From assembly GCA_030390025.1 (NCBI GenBank), contig CM059452.1, forward strand, positions 7,688,001 to 7,752,000: a DNA stretch of 64,000 nt, in the 5' to 3' direction. A program made the position numbers and the translations under genes. Below are positions 35,635 through 49,689 of this stretch, piece after piece (within the stretch, counting starts at the first letter, position 1; each line of letters opens with the position of its first letter). The notes beneath the pieces are model-generated. The model had not been told where the DNA came from. It made no database searches and saw only the letters and a program-made list of their open reading frames with translations. The DNA is from Squalus acanthias. Lineage: Eukaryota.

Positions 35635-37650
35635 CTGTCTCAGTTATATCTGCACTAGACCCTGTCTCGCATAAATTTTACACTCCACCCTGTCTCTGTT
35701 TGTATTACACTAGACGCTGTCTCTGTTTATATTACACTAGACCCTGTCTCTGTTTATATTACACTAGGCCCTGTCTCTGTTTGTATTACACTAGACGCTG
35801 TCTCTGTTTATATTACACTAGACCCTGTCTCTGTTTATATTACATTAGAAGCTGCCTCTGTCTATATTACACTGGTCCCTGTCACTCACTATCTTACATT
35901 AGACGCTGTCTCTGTTTATATTACACGAGACCCTGTCCCTGTTTATATTACACTAGACTCTGTCTCTGTTTATATTACACTCGATCCTGTCTCTGTTTAT
36001 ATTACACTAGACCCTGTCTCTGTTTATAATACACGAGACCCTGTCTCTGTTTATATTACACTAGATCCTGTCTCTGTTTATATCACACTAGACAGTGTCT
36101 CTGTTTTTATTACACTTGGCTCTGTCTCTATTTATATTACACTAGGCCCTGTCCCTGTTTATATTACAATCCCTATCTCTGTTTATATGACATTAGACGC
36201 TGTCTCTGTTTATATTACACCAGGCCCTGTCTGTGTTTATATTACACTAGACGCTGTCTCTGTTTATATTAAACTAGACCCTGTCTTTGTTTATATTACA
36301 CTAGACCCTGTCTCTGTTTTTATTACACTAAACCCTGTCTGTGTTTATATTACACTAGACGCTGTCTCTGTTTATATTACACTGGACCCTGTCTCAGTTA
36401 TGATTGCTCTAGACCCAGTCTCTGTTTATATTACAGTAGACCCTGTCTCTTTTATATTACACGAGACCCTGTCTCTGTTTATATTACACTGGACCCCGTC
36501 TCTGTTTATATTACACTAGACCCTGTCCCAGTTGTTACTGCACTAGACCCTGTCTCTGTTTATATTACACTGGGCCCTGTCCCTGTTTATATTAGAGTAG
36601 ACCCTGTCTCTGTTTATATTACACTAGGCCCTGTCTCAGTTATTACTGCACTATACACTGTATCTATTTATATGACACTAGGCCCTGTCTCTGTTATATG
36701 ACACTAGACTCTGTCTCTGTTTATATTCCACTAGACCCTGCCTCTATTAATATTACACTGGAACCTGTCTCTGTTTATATTAAACTAGACCCTATCTCTG
36801 CTTATATTACATTGGACCCAGTCTCTGTTTCTATTAAACTAGATCCTATCTCTGCTTATATTACACTGGACCCTGTCTCTTTTTTATATTTCAGTAGGCC
36901 CTGTCTCAGTTTATTTTACACTTGACCCTGTCTCTGTTAAGATTATACTAGACCCTGTCTTAGTTTAGATTACACTAGACCCTGACTCTGTTTATATTAC
37001 ACTAGGTCCTGTCTCAGTAAATACTGCACTACACACTGTATCTATTTATATGACACTAGGCCCTGTCTCTGTTTATATTACACAAGACCATTGTTTCAGT
37101 TTATATTACACCAGACGCTGTCTCTGTTTATATTTCACGAGGCCCTGTCTCTGTTTATATTATTCCAGACCCTGTCTCGGTTTATACTACACAAGGCCCT
37201 GTCTCAGTTATTCCTGCACTACACACTGTATGTATATATATGACACTAGACACTGTCTCTGTTTATATTGCACTGGACCCTGTCTCAGTTATGATTGTTC
37301 TACACCCAGTCTCTGTTTATATTGCAGTAGACCCTGTCTCTGTTTATACTACACGAGACGCTGTCTCTGTTTATATTACACGAGGCCCTGTCTCTGTTTA
37401 TATTACACTAGACCCTGTCTCTGTTTATATAACACTAGACCCTGTCTCTGCTTATAATACAATAGACCCTGTCTCTTTTTTTATTACACTAAACCCGGTC
37501 TCTATTTATATTACACTAGACCCTGTCTCTGTTTCTATTACACTAGACCGTGTCTCTGTTTATATTACACTAGACCCTGTCTCTGTTTATATTACACTAG
37601 ACCCTGTATCTGTTTATATTACACTAGACCCTGTCTCTGTTTATATTACA

Positions 37651-39911
37651 AACATAGAAACATAGAAGATAGGAGCAGGAGTAGGTCATTCAGCCCCTCG
37701 AGCCTGCACCGCCATTCAATGAGATCATGGCTGATCATCCAAATTCAGTACCCTGTCCCTGCCTTCTCTCCATATCCCTTGATCCCTTTAGTTTTAATAA
37801 ATATACCTAACTCCTTCTTGAATATATTTAATGAATTGGCCTCTACTGCCTTCTGTGGTAGAGAATTCCACAGGTTCACCACTCTCTGGGTGAAGAAATT
37901 CCTCCTCATCTCAGTCCTAAATGGCTTACCCCTTATCCTTAGACTGTGACCCCTGGTTCTGGACTCCCCGGCCATCGGGAACATCCTTCAAGCATCTAGT
38001 CTGTCTAGTCCTGTTAGAATTGTATAAGTTTCAATGAGATCCCCTCTCATTCTTCGAAACTCCAGTGAGTATAAGCCCAATCGACCCAATCTCTCCTCAT
38101 ACGCCATTCCTGCCATTCCGGGTATCAGCCTGGTGAATCTTCGCTGCACTCCCTCCATGGCAAGAACATCCTTCCTCAGATAAGGCGACCAAAACTGCAC
38201 ACAATACTCAAGATGTGGTCTCACCAAGGCCCTGTACAACTGCAGCAAGACATCCTTGTTCCTGTACTCGAACCCTTTCGCTACGAAGGCCAACATACCA
38301 TTTGCCTTCTTAACCGCCTGCTGCACCTGCATGCTTACCTTCAGCGATTGGTGCACAAGGACACCCAGGTCTCGTTGCACTTCCCCTTCTCCCAATCTAT
38401 TGCCATTCAGATAATAATCTGCCTTCCTGTTTTTGACACCAAAGTGGATAACCTCGCATTTATCCACGTTATATTGCATCTGCCATGCTTCTGCCCAATC
38501 CCCCAACCTGTCCAAATCATACTGGAGTTTCTCGGCATCCTCCTCCCGGCATACACTCCCACCCAGCTTTGTGTCGTCTGCAAACTTGGAGATATTACAT
38601 CCAATTCCATCGTCCAGGTCATTAATATATATTGTGAATAGCTGGGGTCCCAGGACCGATCCCTGCGGTACCCCACTAGTCACCGCCTGCCACTCGGAAA
38701 AAGACCCATTTATTCCAACTGTTTGCTTTCTGTCTGCCAACCAGTTCTCTATCCAAGTCAATACCTTGCCCCCAATCCCATGTGCCTTAACTTTACACGC
38801 TAATCTCTTATGCGGGACCTTATCGAAAGCCTTCTGAAAGTCCAAATACACCACATCCACTGGTTCTCCCTTATCCATTTTACCAGTTACATTCTCAAAA
38901 AATTCCAGTAGATTAGTCAAGCACGATTTGCCTTTTGTAAATCCATGTTGACTTTGTCCGATCCTGTCACTGTTTTCCATGTGCTCTGCTATTACATCTT
39001 TTATAATGGACTCTAGCATTTTCCCCACTACCGATGTCAGGCTTACTGGTCTATAATTCCCCGTTTTCTCTCTGCCAGCTTTTTTGAATAGTGGGGTAAC
39101 ATTAGCTACCCTCCAATCCATGGGTACTGTTCCAGAGTGTATAGAATTTTGGAAGATGACCAGCAATGCATCTACTATTTCTAAGGCCACTTCCTTAAGT
39201 ACCCTAGGACGTAGATTATCAGGCCCTGGGCATTTGTCGCCCTTCAATCCCGTCAATTTCCCTAACACTATTTCCCTACAAATACTGATTTCTTTCAGTT
39301 CCTCCTTCTCATTAGACCCAATGTTCCCTGACATCTCTGGGAGGTTATTTGTGTCCTCCTTTGTGAAGACAGAACCAACGTATGTATTTAATTGGTCTGC
39401 CATTTCTTTGTTCCCCATTATAAAATCCCCTGATTCTGACTGCAAGGGACCTACGCTTGACTTCACCAATCTTTTTCTCTTCACATATCTGTAAAAGATT
39501 TTACAGTCAGTTTTTATTTTTATCGCAAGCTTACTCTGATACTCTATTTTCTCCCTCTTAATTAATCCCTTTGTCCTTGTTTGCTGAATCCTGTACTGCT
39601 CCCAATCCTCAGGTTTTCTGCTTTTTCTGGCCAATTTATATGTCCTTTCCTTGGATCTTATGCTATCCCTAATTTCCTTTGTTAGCCACGGTTGAGTCAC
39701 CTTTTTTGTTTTATTTTTATTTTTATGCCAAACTGGAATGAACAAATTCTGTAGTTCATTCATGCGATCTTTGAATGCTTGCCATTGCCTCTCCACCGTC
39801 AACCCTTTGAGTGACATTCCCCAATCAATCCTACCCAACTCGCGCCTCATACCATCGTAGTTTCCTTTATTTAAATTCAGGACCCTAGTTTCTGAGTCAA
39901 CTACTTCACTC
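37651..39911 (-). mobile_element. Young CR1-clade LINE, 5'-truncated, 620-aa open RT frame (37988-39850)
   Basis: Full RT motif set incl. KFADDTKLGG; (TTCTATGT)n-type tail at 37651-37667; possible TTACA target-site duplication in the satellite. Confidence 0.97.
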
Positions 39912-42900
39912 TTACACTAGACCCTGTCTCTGTATATATTGCACTAGACCCTGTCTCTGTTTATATTAAAGTAGACCCTGTCTCTGTTTAGATTAAACTT
40001 GACCCTGTGTGTGCTTATATTACACTAGACCATGTCTCTGTTTATAATACACTAGACACTGTCTCTGCTAATATTACACTAAACCCTGTCTCTGCTTATT
40101 TTACACTAGACCCTGTCTCTGTTTATGTTACACTGGATGCTGTCTCTGTTTGTATTACACTAGATCCTGTCTCTGTTTATATTACACTAGACCCTGTCTC
40201 TGTTTATATTACACTAGACCCTGTCTCAGTTTATATTACACTGGACACTGTCTCAGTTTATATTACACTGGACACTGTCTCAGTTTATATTACTCTAGCC
40301 CCTGTCCCAGTTGTTAATGCACGAGACTCTGTCTCTGTTTATATTACACTGGGCCTGTGCCTGTTTATATTACAGTAGACCTGTCTCTGTTTATAATATA
40401 CTCGGCCCTTTCTCTGTTAGATTACACTTGACCCTGTCTCTGTTAATATTATACAAACACTGTTTTAGTTTAGATTACACTTGACCCTGTCTCTGTTTAT
40501 ATCACACTAAGCCCTGTCTCAGTTATTACTGAACTACACACGGTATCTATTTATATGACACAAGGCCCTGTCTCTGTTTATATTACACTAGACCCTGTCT
40601 CAGTTATGATTGCTCTAGACCCTGTCTCTGTTTATATTACACGAGGCCCTGTCTCTGTTTATATTATTCTAGACCCTGTCTCTGTTTATATTACACTCGG
40701 CCCTGTCTCTGTTTATATTACCCTAGAGCCTGTCTCAGTTTATATTTCACTGGGCCCTGTCTCGGTTATGAATCCTCAAGACCCTGTCTCAGTTTACATT
40801 ACACTCGACCCTGTCACAGTTTATATTACACTAGACCCTGTCTCAGTTGATATTACGCTAAACGCTGTCTCTGTTCATATTACACGAGGCCCTGTCTCTG
40901 TTTATATTACACGAAACGCTGTCTCTGCTTATATTACAATAGACCCTGTCTCTTTTTTTATTACACTAAACCCGGTCTCTGTTTATATTCACTAGGATCT
41001 GTCTCTGTTTCTATTACACTGGACCCTGTCTCTGTTTATATTTCAATGGGCCCTGTCCCTGTTGATATTACACTGGGCCATGTCTCTGTATATATTACAC
41101 TAGACCCTTTCTCTGTTTTTATTAAAGTAGACCCTGTCTCTGTTTATATTACACTAGGCCCTGTCTCTGTTTATATTACACGAGGCCCTGTCTCTGTCTA
41201 TATTACAATAGACCCTCTCTCTGTTTATATTGCACTGTACCCTGTCTCTGTTTATATTAAACTAGACCCTGTCTGTGTTTATATTACACTAGACCCTGGC
41301 TCTGTTTTTATTACACTAAACCCTGTCTGTGTTTATATTACACTAGACGCTGTCTCTGTTTATATTACACTAAACCCTGTCTCAGTTATTACTGCACTAG
41401 AACCTGTCTCGCATTACAAACACTCGAACCTGTCTCTGTTTCTATGATACCAGACGCTGTCTCTGTTTATATTACACTAGACCCTGTCTCTGTTTATATT
41501 ACACTAGACTCTGTCTCTGTTTATATTACACGAGATCCTGTCTATATTTATATTAGACTAAACCCTGTCTCTGTTTATATCTCACTAGATTCTGTCTCTG
41601 TTTGTGTTACACTTTGCCCTGTCTCTCTTTATAGTACACTGGTCCCTGTCCCTCTTTATATTACAGTAGACCCTGTCTCTGTTTATATTACACTAGGCCC
41701 TGTCTCTGTTAGATTACACTAGACTCTGTCTCTGTTTATATTACACTAGACCCTGTCTCTGATTATATTACACTAGACCCTCTCTCTGTTTATATTACAG
41801 TAGGCCCTGTCTCTGTCTGTATTAACTAGACCCTGTCTGTACTTATATTGCACAGGACCCTGTCTCTGTTTATATTACAGTAGGCCCTGTCTCACTTTAT
41901 TTTACACTTGACCCTGTCTCTGTTAATATTATACTCGACCCTGTCTTAGTTTAGATTACACTAGACCCTGTCTCTGTTTAAATGACACTGGGCCCTGTCC
42001 CTGGTTATATTACAGTAGTCCCTGACTCTGTTTATATTACACTAGGCCCTGTCTCTGTTAGATTACACTAGACTCTGTCTCTGTTTATATTACACTAGAC
42101 CCTGTCTCTGATTAAATTACACTAGTCCCTCTCTCTGTTTATATTACAGTAGGCCCTGTCTCTGTCTATATGAAACTAGACCCTGTCTCTACTTATATTG
42201 CACTGGACCCTGTCTCTGTTTCTATTAAACTAGATCCTGTCTCTGCTTATATTACACTGGACCCTGTGTCTGTTTATATTACAGTAGGCCCTGTCTCACT
42301 TTATTTTACACTTGACCCTGCCTCTGTTAATATTATACTAGACCCTGTCTTAGTTTAGATTACACTAGACCCTCTCTCTGTTTATATTACACTGCACGCT
42401 GTCTGTGTTTATATTACACTAGACTCTGTCTCTCTTTATATTACACTTGGCCCTGTCTCTGTTTATATTACACTGCACTACATACTGTCTCGCATTATAT
42501 TACACTAAATCCTGTCTCTGTTTCTATTACACTGCACGCTGTCTGTGTTTATATTACACTAGACTCTGTCTCTCTTTATATTACACTTGGCCCTGTCTCT
42601 GTTTATATTACACTAGACTCTGTCTCTGTTTATATTACACTTGGCGCAGTCTCTGTTTATATTACACTGGACCCTGACCCTGTTTATATTACACTAGACC
42701 CTGTCTCTGTTTATATTACACTAGACCCTGTCTCTGTTTATTTTAAACTAGAACTTGTCGCTGTTTATCTTACACTAGATCCTATCTCAGTCATTACTGC
42801 ACTAGACCCTGTCTCTGTTTTTTCCGCCAGTGACCTTCAGACCCTCGCTCCCTGTTTCCCTGAAGTATCGCTGCACGTCGTTCGTCGTTTCTTCGGATTC

Positions 42901-44293
42901 TTTCTGTGCCTCCCGGCCACGGGAACATCTCCTGATTTTTCTGGTTAGACCCGAATATCTTCCGATGTTTTCCTTCTGGTGCTGCGCTGCTTTTCCACTA
43001 AAACCCTGGAGTTCAGGCATGCGATGGAATAGCATATCTGGTTAAGCGAGGGAAGAAACAACGACCCTTCTGATGGGGCTGGACGGAAGTTTGGGAATGG
43101 GTGGAGTTGGTATTTTAACTCTGTGTCTGCCTCAATCCGTCTCCCCAACACCTTCACCACCCCACCACTCTAACCGGGGGCCTCGGTCCGCTCTAATTTC
43201 ATACCCGTCTCTCTGACCCCGGGTTCGGTGAGTTTCAGGAAGTGATTAAGCCCATCAAGTCTGCACTTTCCTTCTCGCTCCTCACTCCATTTACGATTCC
43301 TCTTTTGAGACTCCTATCCAGTTAATGATTAAAATAATTATTGCAGTTATTCCACATTTTCACTTGCTTCTGTGTAAAGAATTGTTTTTCTCACCATAAA
43401 AATGTATCTTTTGCCGGATTCACTCGGTTAATGACTCAGTCATGGAGGGCTGCGACTCCCACAATGCGCAGACGTAGGGTAAACCCCATCTTTCAGAATG
43501 AGAGAACTTTTCGCACATGCGCTCCTCAGCAACGTTTTCCGACAACTTTATAATTCTCTCGCGCGCTAAATTTTCACTTTTAAGATGGGGAGGTTATTTT
43601 AATGTAAAGTGAAGTCACTTTTCCTTTCAATCAAGCTGTTTTATTTAAATAAACGGCTGACTTGCGCAACGTATTACGTCACACAAACGTGGCCGTCTGT
43701 ATGTCACACAGACATGGCCGCCGGTTTGCCCTGCAGTGGATGACGCCACAATCCTTTCCGCACGTCACAGCACCGTGATTGGCTGTTTCTCCCATTGATT
43801 CAGTGTCGGAGGACACGGGCCGTCTCCAGCCTCCGCTCAGCGCTTAAGAGCCCAGTTGGTGCAGGCTGTGACCCTGACTCGGCCTGTGACCCCGGGGGTT
43901 CAGTCAGGGCCGGTTAAGCAGGCCACGCACCACCCAAGCTGTTTCTGTTAGTTTTTGTTCTTAGGACTTAAAGAATGGGAAGAAAGTGACATTTAACTCT
44001 TTAAATATTCGTTTGTTCAAAAGCAAGCATCTCTATCGGCCAATAACTCATTACAAATTCCTTTAAGCAAAGCTGTGAAGTAGGATCAGTACTGGCCACT
44101 GGGAGTGTTGGCCTGGATTATGGACTCAATTGTTTGGAGTGGGAATTGAATCCAACGACATTCTGACTTAAAACCGAAAGTTTTATTCACTGAGCCACGG
44201 CTGACACGTTCCCGTGAACTGGAGGCACCGTCGGCGGCAGTTTTATTTCCCTGAGGTTTTTGTACAGCGACAGATGAGTTTTAAAACATTGTG

Positions 44294-44736
44294 ATTCTCA
44301 GCCCGCAGAAATATACAGCGGTGTCCTGGATTTCTGCTCGAGTGATTGTTAAAGGAAACTTCTTTTCTGCATTTGCCTGGCCGGCCTCGAAACTTCCCTT
44401 GGCAAAATCCGCCTCGTATTTTCTGCTTTTATCCCGGTGCAAAATAAAGCGCGGAGCCTGGTTCGTGTGCTGTCGGTACCAGTACAGATCGGGGTTACCG
44501 TTTCTTGTTGTGTAACTACAGTCTATTTTCACAACATCTCCTTCAGTGACATTCAACGCGGTCTGAGGTTGTGACACCGAATCTGCCTCAATCTGCCCTG
44601 AAATAAAAGTTAACTGAGGGTTGAATACAATACTGAGATAGCAAGTCTACCAACATCACATCAGTGCAAACAGACACAAGGCATGGCCATACCTACCGAA
44701 CACCAGCCACAATATAACGAGGTGACGGTACGACAT
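44294..44736 (-). CDS. TCR alpha/delta V segment, intact; leader 44697-44736, V exon 44294-44597
   Basis: MSYRHLVILWLVFGQIEA-DSVSQPQTALNVTEGDVVKIDCSYTTRNGNPDLYWYRQHTNQAPRFIL...QDTAVYFCGLRI; RSS CACAATG-23bp-ACAAAAACC (44255-44293). Confidence 0.93.
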
Positions 44737-45300
44737 GGGCTCTATTGTATCTTCACCAACAATCCCTTGGATTAACAGTTCTATTTCCCGTTGCAGTAAG
44801 TTATACTGAGTATAGTGAGAAACTTTTCGATAGGAAGATATTACAGAAGGTGAGGGAGTATCGCGTGCAATTCTGCTGCTGGTAAAAGGGACCTAATGCA
44901 TTAATTGGGTAACAGCAACTTAACTCCGCCCCTGCCTCAGCTCACCTTCTGCTGAAACCCTCATCCGTGTCCTCGTTACATCGAGACTCGACTATTCCAA
45001 AGCTCTCCTAGCCGACCTCCTACCTTGCACCCTCTGCAAAGATGAGCTCATCCAAAACTCTGCTGCCCTTATCCTAACTCGCTGCGTGTGCCGTTCACCC
45101 ATCACGCCTGTTCTCGTTGACCTACATTGACTCCCGGTCCGAAAACGCCTCGATTTTAAAATTGACATTCTTGTTTGCAAATCCATACATTGTCTCGCTC
45201 CTCTCTCTATCTCTGGGCCCTCATCCAGCCCTACAACCCTCCAAGACCTCTGGACTGTGGAAGATACAGAACAGATGAAATGTGTTTGATCCACAGTTAC

Positions 45301-45346
45301 CTGTCAGAAATGCCCACCACACAGCCCAGATGCTGAGTAGCCGCAT
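45301..45346 (-). pseudogene. Orphan V leader exon (MRLLSIWAVWWAFLT); V exon absent
   Basis: Intact leader and donor; the intron runs into the L2 fragment 44920-45250, as at 18 kb. Confidence 0.8.
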
Positions 45347-46174
45347 TGTCGCTGTCTGCTCCGTAAAAGGGGGGTTGGATATTTGAAAACACTCGTACTA
45401 ATCCCCGCCCTCAATAATCTCCTGTCGTGTCTCAGGATGCTCTGACCTCACTTTCTGGTGTCCCCAGTGGTGCTGTGAGACCGGTAGCTGGTGAGCTGGC
45501 TGCCAGTGAATGAAAACACCCCGAGCTGGGCTACAGTCATGGTCCTTATAGGGAATGTTTCCGCTTTTAGAGACCGGTGGGAATTAAACCCTTTTCTGGT
45601 TATTGTAACCCGGAAGCTCAGCGATTGTTAATGGTGACATTAAACATTCTAGCGTTAAAGAGACATTCTGAAGGGCAATGGCCATTGGGGAAATCTGTGA
45701 TTGGTGCTTGTTTTAAAGAGCACAGTCACTACCTTGTGAAATCTGTTCATTGTGTATAAACTGTCTCTGGCCCAGCAACATACTCTGATCAAATAAACCG
45801 TGTGTACAGGCCGCGATCAAAGGGTCCGGGACACTGACAGGGGAGATGTGTAAAGGGCTGCACAATATTGCAGGCAGGCACCGAAAGGGCATCAAAGGAC
45901 AAAAGGTAAATTAAGACAACACAAATAGATTTAGGGAGTTCATTTTCGTCTAAATACGAGTTTAAATCAATTAATATAATACTGTAGGGGACCTCACCAG
46001 TTCTTGTTGAGTGCCCTTTTTTGTCGCCCTTTTAAGAATCTCCCTGTGACTCTCACTGTGGAGGCTGAATTATCGCTTCTGGTTATCGATGTGAGAGCGC
46101 CCTCTGGTGATCACTAACTGGAACTCTCAGTGCGTGCTTTTGTACGGGATCCGCTATATCTCTGCAGCAGTGTG

Positions 46175-46606
46175 GGGCTCATCGCACAGAAATAAACGGC
46201 GGTGTCGGAGACAAGCGCCCCAGCGATATTTAAAGGAACCGTTTTATTTATTTCGTTCATATCAGCAGAGAATCTGTCTGGTAAATCTGGAGACTTGTCT
46301 CCATCCTCTGAGCTATATCTCTTCAGTAAATATCTCGGAGCTTCCCAGGGATACTGGATGTACCAGAACACAGTTGCACCAGCTGTCGAGTAACTGCAGC
46401 TCAGTAAGATGGTCTGTCCATCCTGAACCGTTAATTCAGAAGGATCCTGGAGCACTGAATCTTCGCCGTTCGTTCCTGTAACAAAACAGAGAATGTATCA
46501 AAAGTTTGGGAGTAAATATAACCCATGGAACACACACTAACCCTTTAAACATAGACTCACCGGGCAGCATGGGCATTAATATCAGTGAGGAACATGTGGA
46601 GCACAT
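46175..46606 (-). CDS. TCR alpha/delta V segment, intact; leader 46561-46606, V exon 46175-46475
   Basis: MCSTCSSLILMPMLPGTNG-EDSVLQDPSELTVQDGQTILLSCSYSTAGATVFWYIQYP...SDTAVYFCAMSP; RSS CACACTG-24bp-ACAAAAGCA (46135-46174). Confidence 0.92.
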
Positions 46607-46704
46607 GGTGCCTGGGTTAGAGTTTCACGGAAAATAGTCGAATGTTCTAAATATTCCAGTCCGATATTAAAGCTTAAACTCAGATCAGGGACAGGCTTCA
46701 CTTA

Positions 46705-46866
46705 AGGTTAAAGGGATCACTTAAGGCTAAAGGGATATGGGGAGAAAGTAGGGACATGGTACTGAATTTGGATGATCAGCCATGGTCTCATTAAATGGCG
46801 GAACAGGCTCGAGGGGCCGAATGGCCTACTCCGGCTCCTATCTTCTATGTTTCTATGTTTCTATGT
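46705..46866 (+). mobile_element. Short CR1 3'-end insertion in the V promoter with 8-bp TSD
   Basis: TSD TTCACTTA (46697-46704, 46867-46874), (TTCTATGT)3 tail; empty sites in paralogs at ~19741 and ~55115. Confidence 0.92.
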
Positions 46867-47963
46867 TTCACTTACTGGGAGACTGAGGGGCGTTTCCCAG
46901 GGTCAGGATTGGCTATTCTCTCAGAACCGACGACAGTTGTGCACCAATCAGTATTAGTTGTGATCCAGTTACTTTCTCTGCCTATTTCTTTATATTCCTC
47001 GGTGTCTCTACCTCTCTCTTTATCCCGGTGTCTGTCTGTCTCTTTCTGTCTTTCGTTTGCTCTGTCTCTCCCTACCGTGTTCCAAGAAGGTGCAGAATAT
47101 AGAGAAATCCAATTTGTCTCAATCTCTCGTTTCAACACAACAAAGTGCTTCATTGATAGTAGCAGTTATACTGGATGAAATATAATAACCACAGCTTATA
47201 GTCGTGTTTGAAATGGCAGCAGTTACAGCAAAATCCAACCGTATATTCATTAGGTGGGAATAATGAGACAAATCTACATCCTTTGTATGTGGTATGGTTC
47301 CTAAGATTTGGAATCTATGTGGTTCCATCTTATTTTGATGAGATTCATTCATCAGTTATGTCTTGGATATTAAAAATAAACAAAGAAATCACCAGGATTT
47401 ACACTTGAAGTTGTATATGATTTTCTGCATTAAAGTGCATAATAATAATTGTAATAAGAATGAGAATAGCAAGAAAAATGTGACGTAATCGGGCAACAAC
47501 ATCCATCAGTAATTTGAGAATTCCGTGCTTTCCCAGGCAGAGGGCCGTTTACTTGACATCGCCACCAGAGGGAGCGCCCTCATCGTGTTTGCGGTTTCAC
47601 TGCAGCAAATCAATCGCAAGATCACAAGGTCGTTGAGGATGAGGATTTAATCCCCGTCAAGTTCTCTGTTGTAAGGAGAACAATCTCACTCCGTTCCCTG
47701 CTCCCCTCTCTGACGTCATGAATTGGAGAACAAAGGATCTGTGAGTTGATTGGTTGAATTTGAAAACAAAGGCGCTGTGAGTTGATTGGATGAATTGGAG
47801 AAAAAATGTTCCGTGAGCTGATTGGATATCTCCTGCTCACTCTGCCAGGAATGAACCAATCGGCAGAGAGACCGGATATTACTCAACATCTTCTCAACTC
47901 TTGATTAAGACAATTACAGGTTCAACCCGTTCTGTTCAAATCCACCATCAACTCCCTGCAAAC

Positions 47964-48484
47964 ATGTTGGCTGTTACTTTTTGTTTATTCGTCACAGCTG
48001 CAGCTCTCTTAACTGGTAATGTTTACAAGTTACACAATCTTTCTCCTGCAGGTGTCATTGACATCCTTTTAACAGCGTTTTCTCTCTATTTGCAATGGTT
48101 ATTACGTCACCTTTATGATCTTAGTAATAATAAAAAGATGAAAAAGCTTAAAGTTCTGTATTTCTAAATTTCTGCAGGTGTAAGTGCTGCAGACTCGGTC
48201 TCACAGGGGCCGCTTGCAACGATACAGTTTGAAGGAGACTCAGTGACCATTAATTACACTTATTCGACCACTGCTCCTTCATATTCCTTACAACTGTACC
48301 GTCAGGACCCCGACAAAGGGCCCACATTCCTAATCTACAGTCCTTTCTACGGAGATGTTTTCAAAGCAGAGGGCGCAGGGGCTCGATTTTCTGCATTTCT
48401 CGACACTTCGAAAAGCGTGGGGAATTTCACCATCCACGGCCTGCGGCTGTCTGACAGCGCGGTGTATCACTGCGGGCTGAGAGA
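47964..48484 (+). CDS. TCR alpha/delta V, open frame, Cys23->Tyr and Trp41->Leu; leader 47964-48015, V exon 48178-48484
   Basis: DSVSQGPLATIQFEGDSVTINYTYSTTAPSYSLQLYRQDPDKGP...SAVYHCGLR; RSS CACAGTG-23bp-ACAAAAACA (48485-48523). Confidence 0.88.
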
Positions 48485-48944
48485 CACAGTGACAGGAACC
48501 AGAGGGAGCCTCGTACAAAAACATGTGACAAGGTGAGCAAAAGAGCGGGCAGTGTGGGGAGAAACGGGGACTGTCTGTACTTATCACAGGAGTGTGTCCG
48601 TGAAAAATACAGATAAATCAATCGCTGTCCAAATTACAATACAGGACTAGAATAAAGGTTATTATTCATAATAATAATCTTGCTGTTAATTTCATAATAA
48701 GATGTTTGATTGGATAATGCTTACAATCCCTGTTCATGTAATGGGCACCTCAACTTTCAATCTTAGTGAAAAAAATATAAAACTTGTTCTCAGTGTCAGA
48801 ATCGCACTCAGACCTGGCGCTCCAGTCGGCAGGAAATTAACTGAACGGAGGGGAAACATTCAGTAACGATTTAAGAAACCATAGAATCAAACACTTTCAG
48901 AACAATGCGGTCGCTCCTGAAATGTGACCCCGTGAGTTTCAGTT

Positions 48945-49245
48945 CCTGCCGACCTTGGCGGCTGCGCGTGGTGCTGACTGTGTCAATACACATAATGTGC
49001 AGCAGCGCTTGTTTTCAAGTTGCAGGTTAGTGAGATTTTACTTCCCTCTTCAATCGTCCCTTCGGGAACAGGCTGTTCCACTGTGATATAAAATAATAGT
49101 AAAAGTGATTATTATCATCATCATCACTTGACTAATAGTAACATTTGGGTTTCAGCAGTCAGGGGGAGAATGGATTTTAGCTGGTAAGGAAATACTTACT
49201 GAGAAGTTATATAATGACGAGGAGCGGTGCGAGACGGTTCCGCAT
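48945..49245 (-). pseudogene. Truncated V pseudogene (paralog of the 27 kb fragment)
   Basis: Leader 49200-49245; V remnant TVEQPVPE...LTC with frameshift/stop; no RSS. Confidence 0.78.
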
Positions 49246-49689
49246 GATGGTTCCTGAGTCTCTAACTCTGCAGTCCGGGAACTCCTCTGTCGGAGCAGAA
49301 ATCCAGATCCCCGCACCACTGCACTGCTGATCCAACAAATGCCAAACAGGCAACAGCGGCAGCAATCTCTCCAATCACACAGGGCAGACAAGGCGGGTCA
49401 GAGCGAGAGCAGCAAACGGAAACTGTGGGCGGGGCTGCCGCTGACTCAAAATTGAGCGAATTCAAGTCTCTGTGTAATCGCAGAAAGTGCGCGGCGCCGC
49501 CTTGCTGCACTCGGAGCTGATGGAGCGGAAAAGGCGATGGTTGTGTCTCGAGAAGTCTGTGGTCAACTTCTCCTGTTCACTGAGCAAGTGAATGGAATAA
49601 ATAGAGGTGGAGGGAAATGAAGGAATTGCACAGCTTCAGAAATAATGACCGGGTTTAGTCAGCTCCAATCTGGAGTTTTGAGACACAAT

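Larger units (their letters stand above)
33335..42817. repeat. 27-bp satellite array interrupted by retroelements
   Basis: Unit TTACACTAGACCCTGTCTCTGTTTATA at 33335-33633, 35213-37650 and 39912-42817; source of the VYITLDPVS pseudo-ORFs. Confidence 0.97.

Noticed and set aside
35213-42817. VYITLDPVS / CLCLYYTR repeat proteins
   Set aside because: Frames of the 27-bp satellite.
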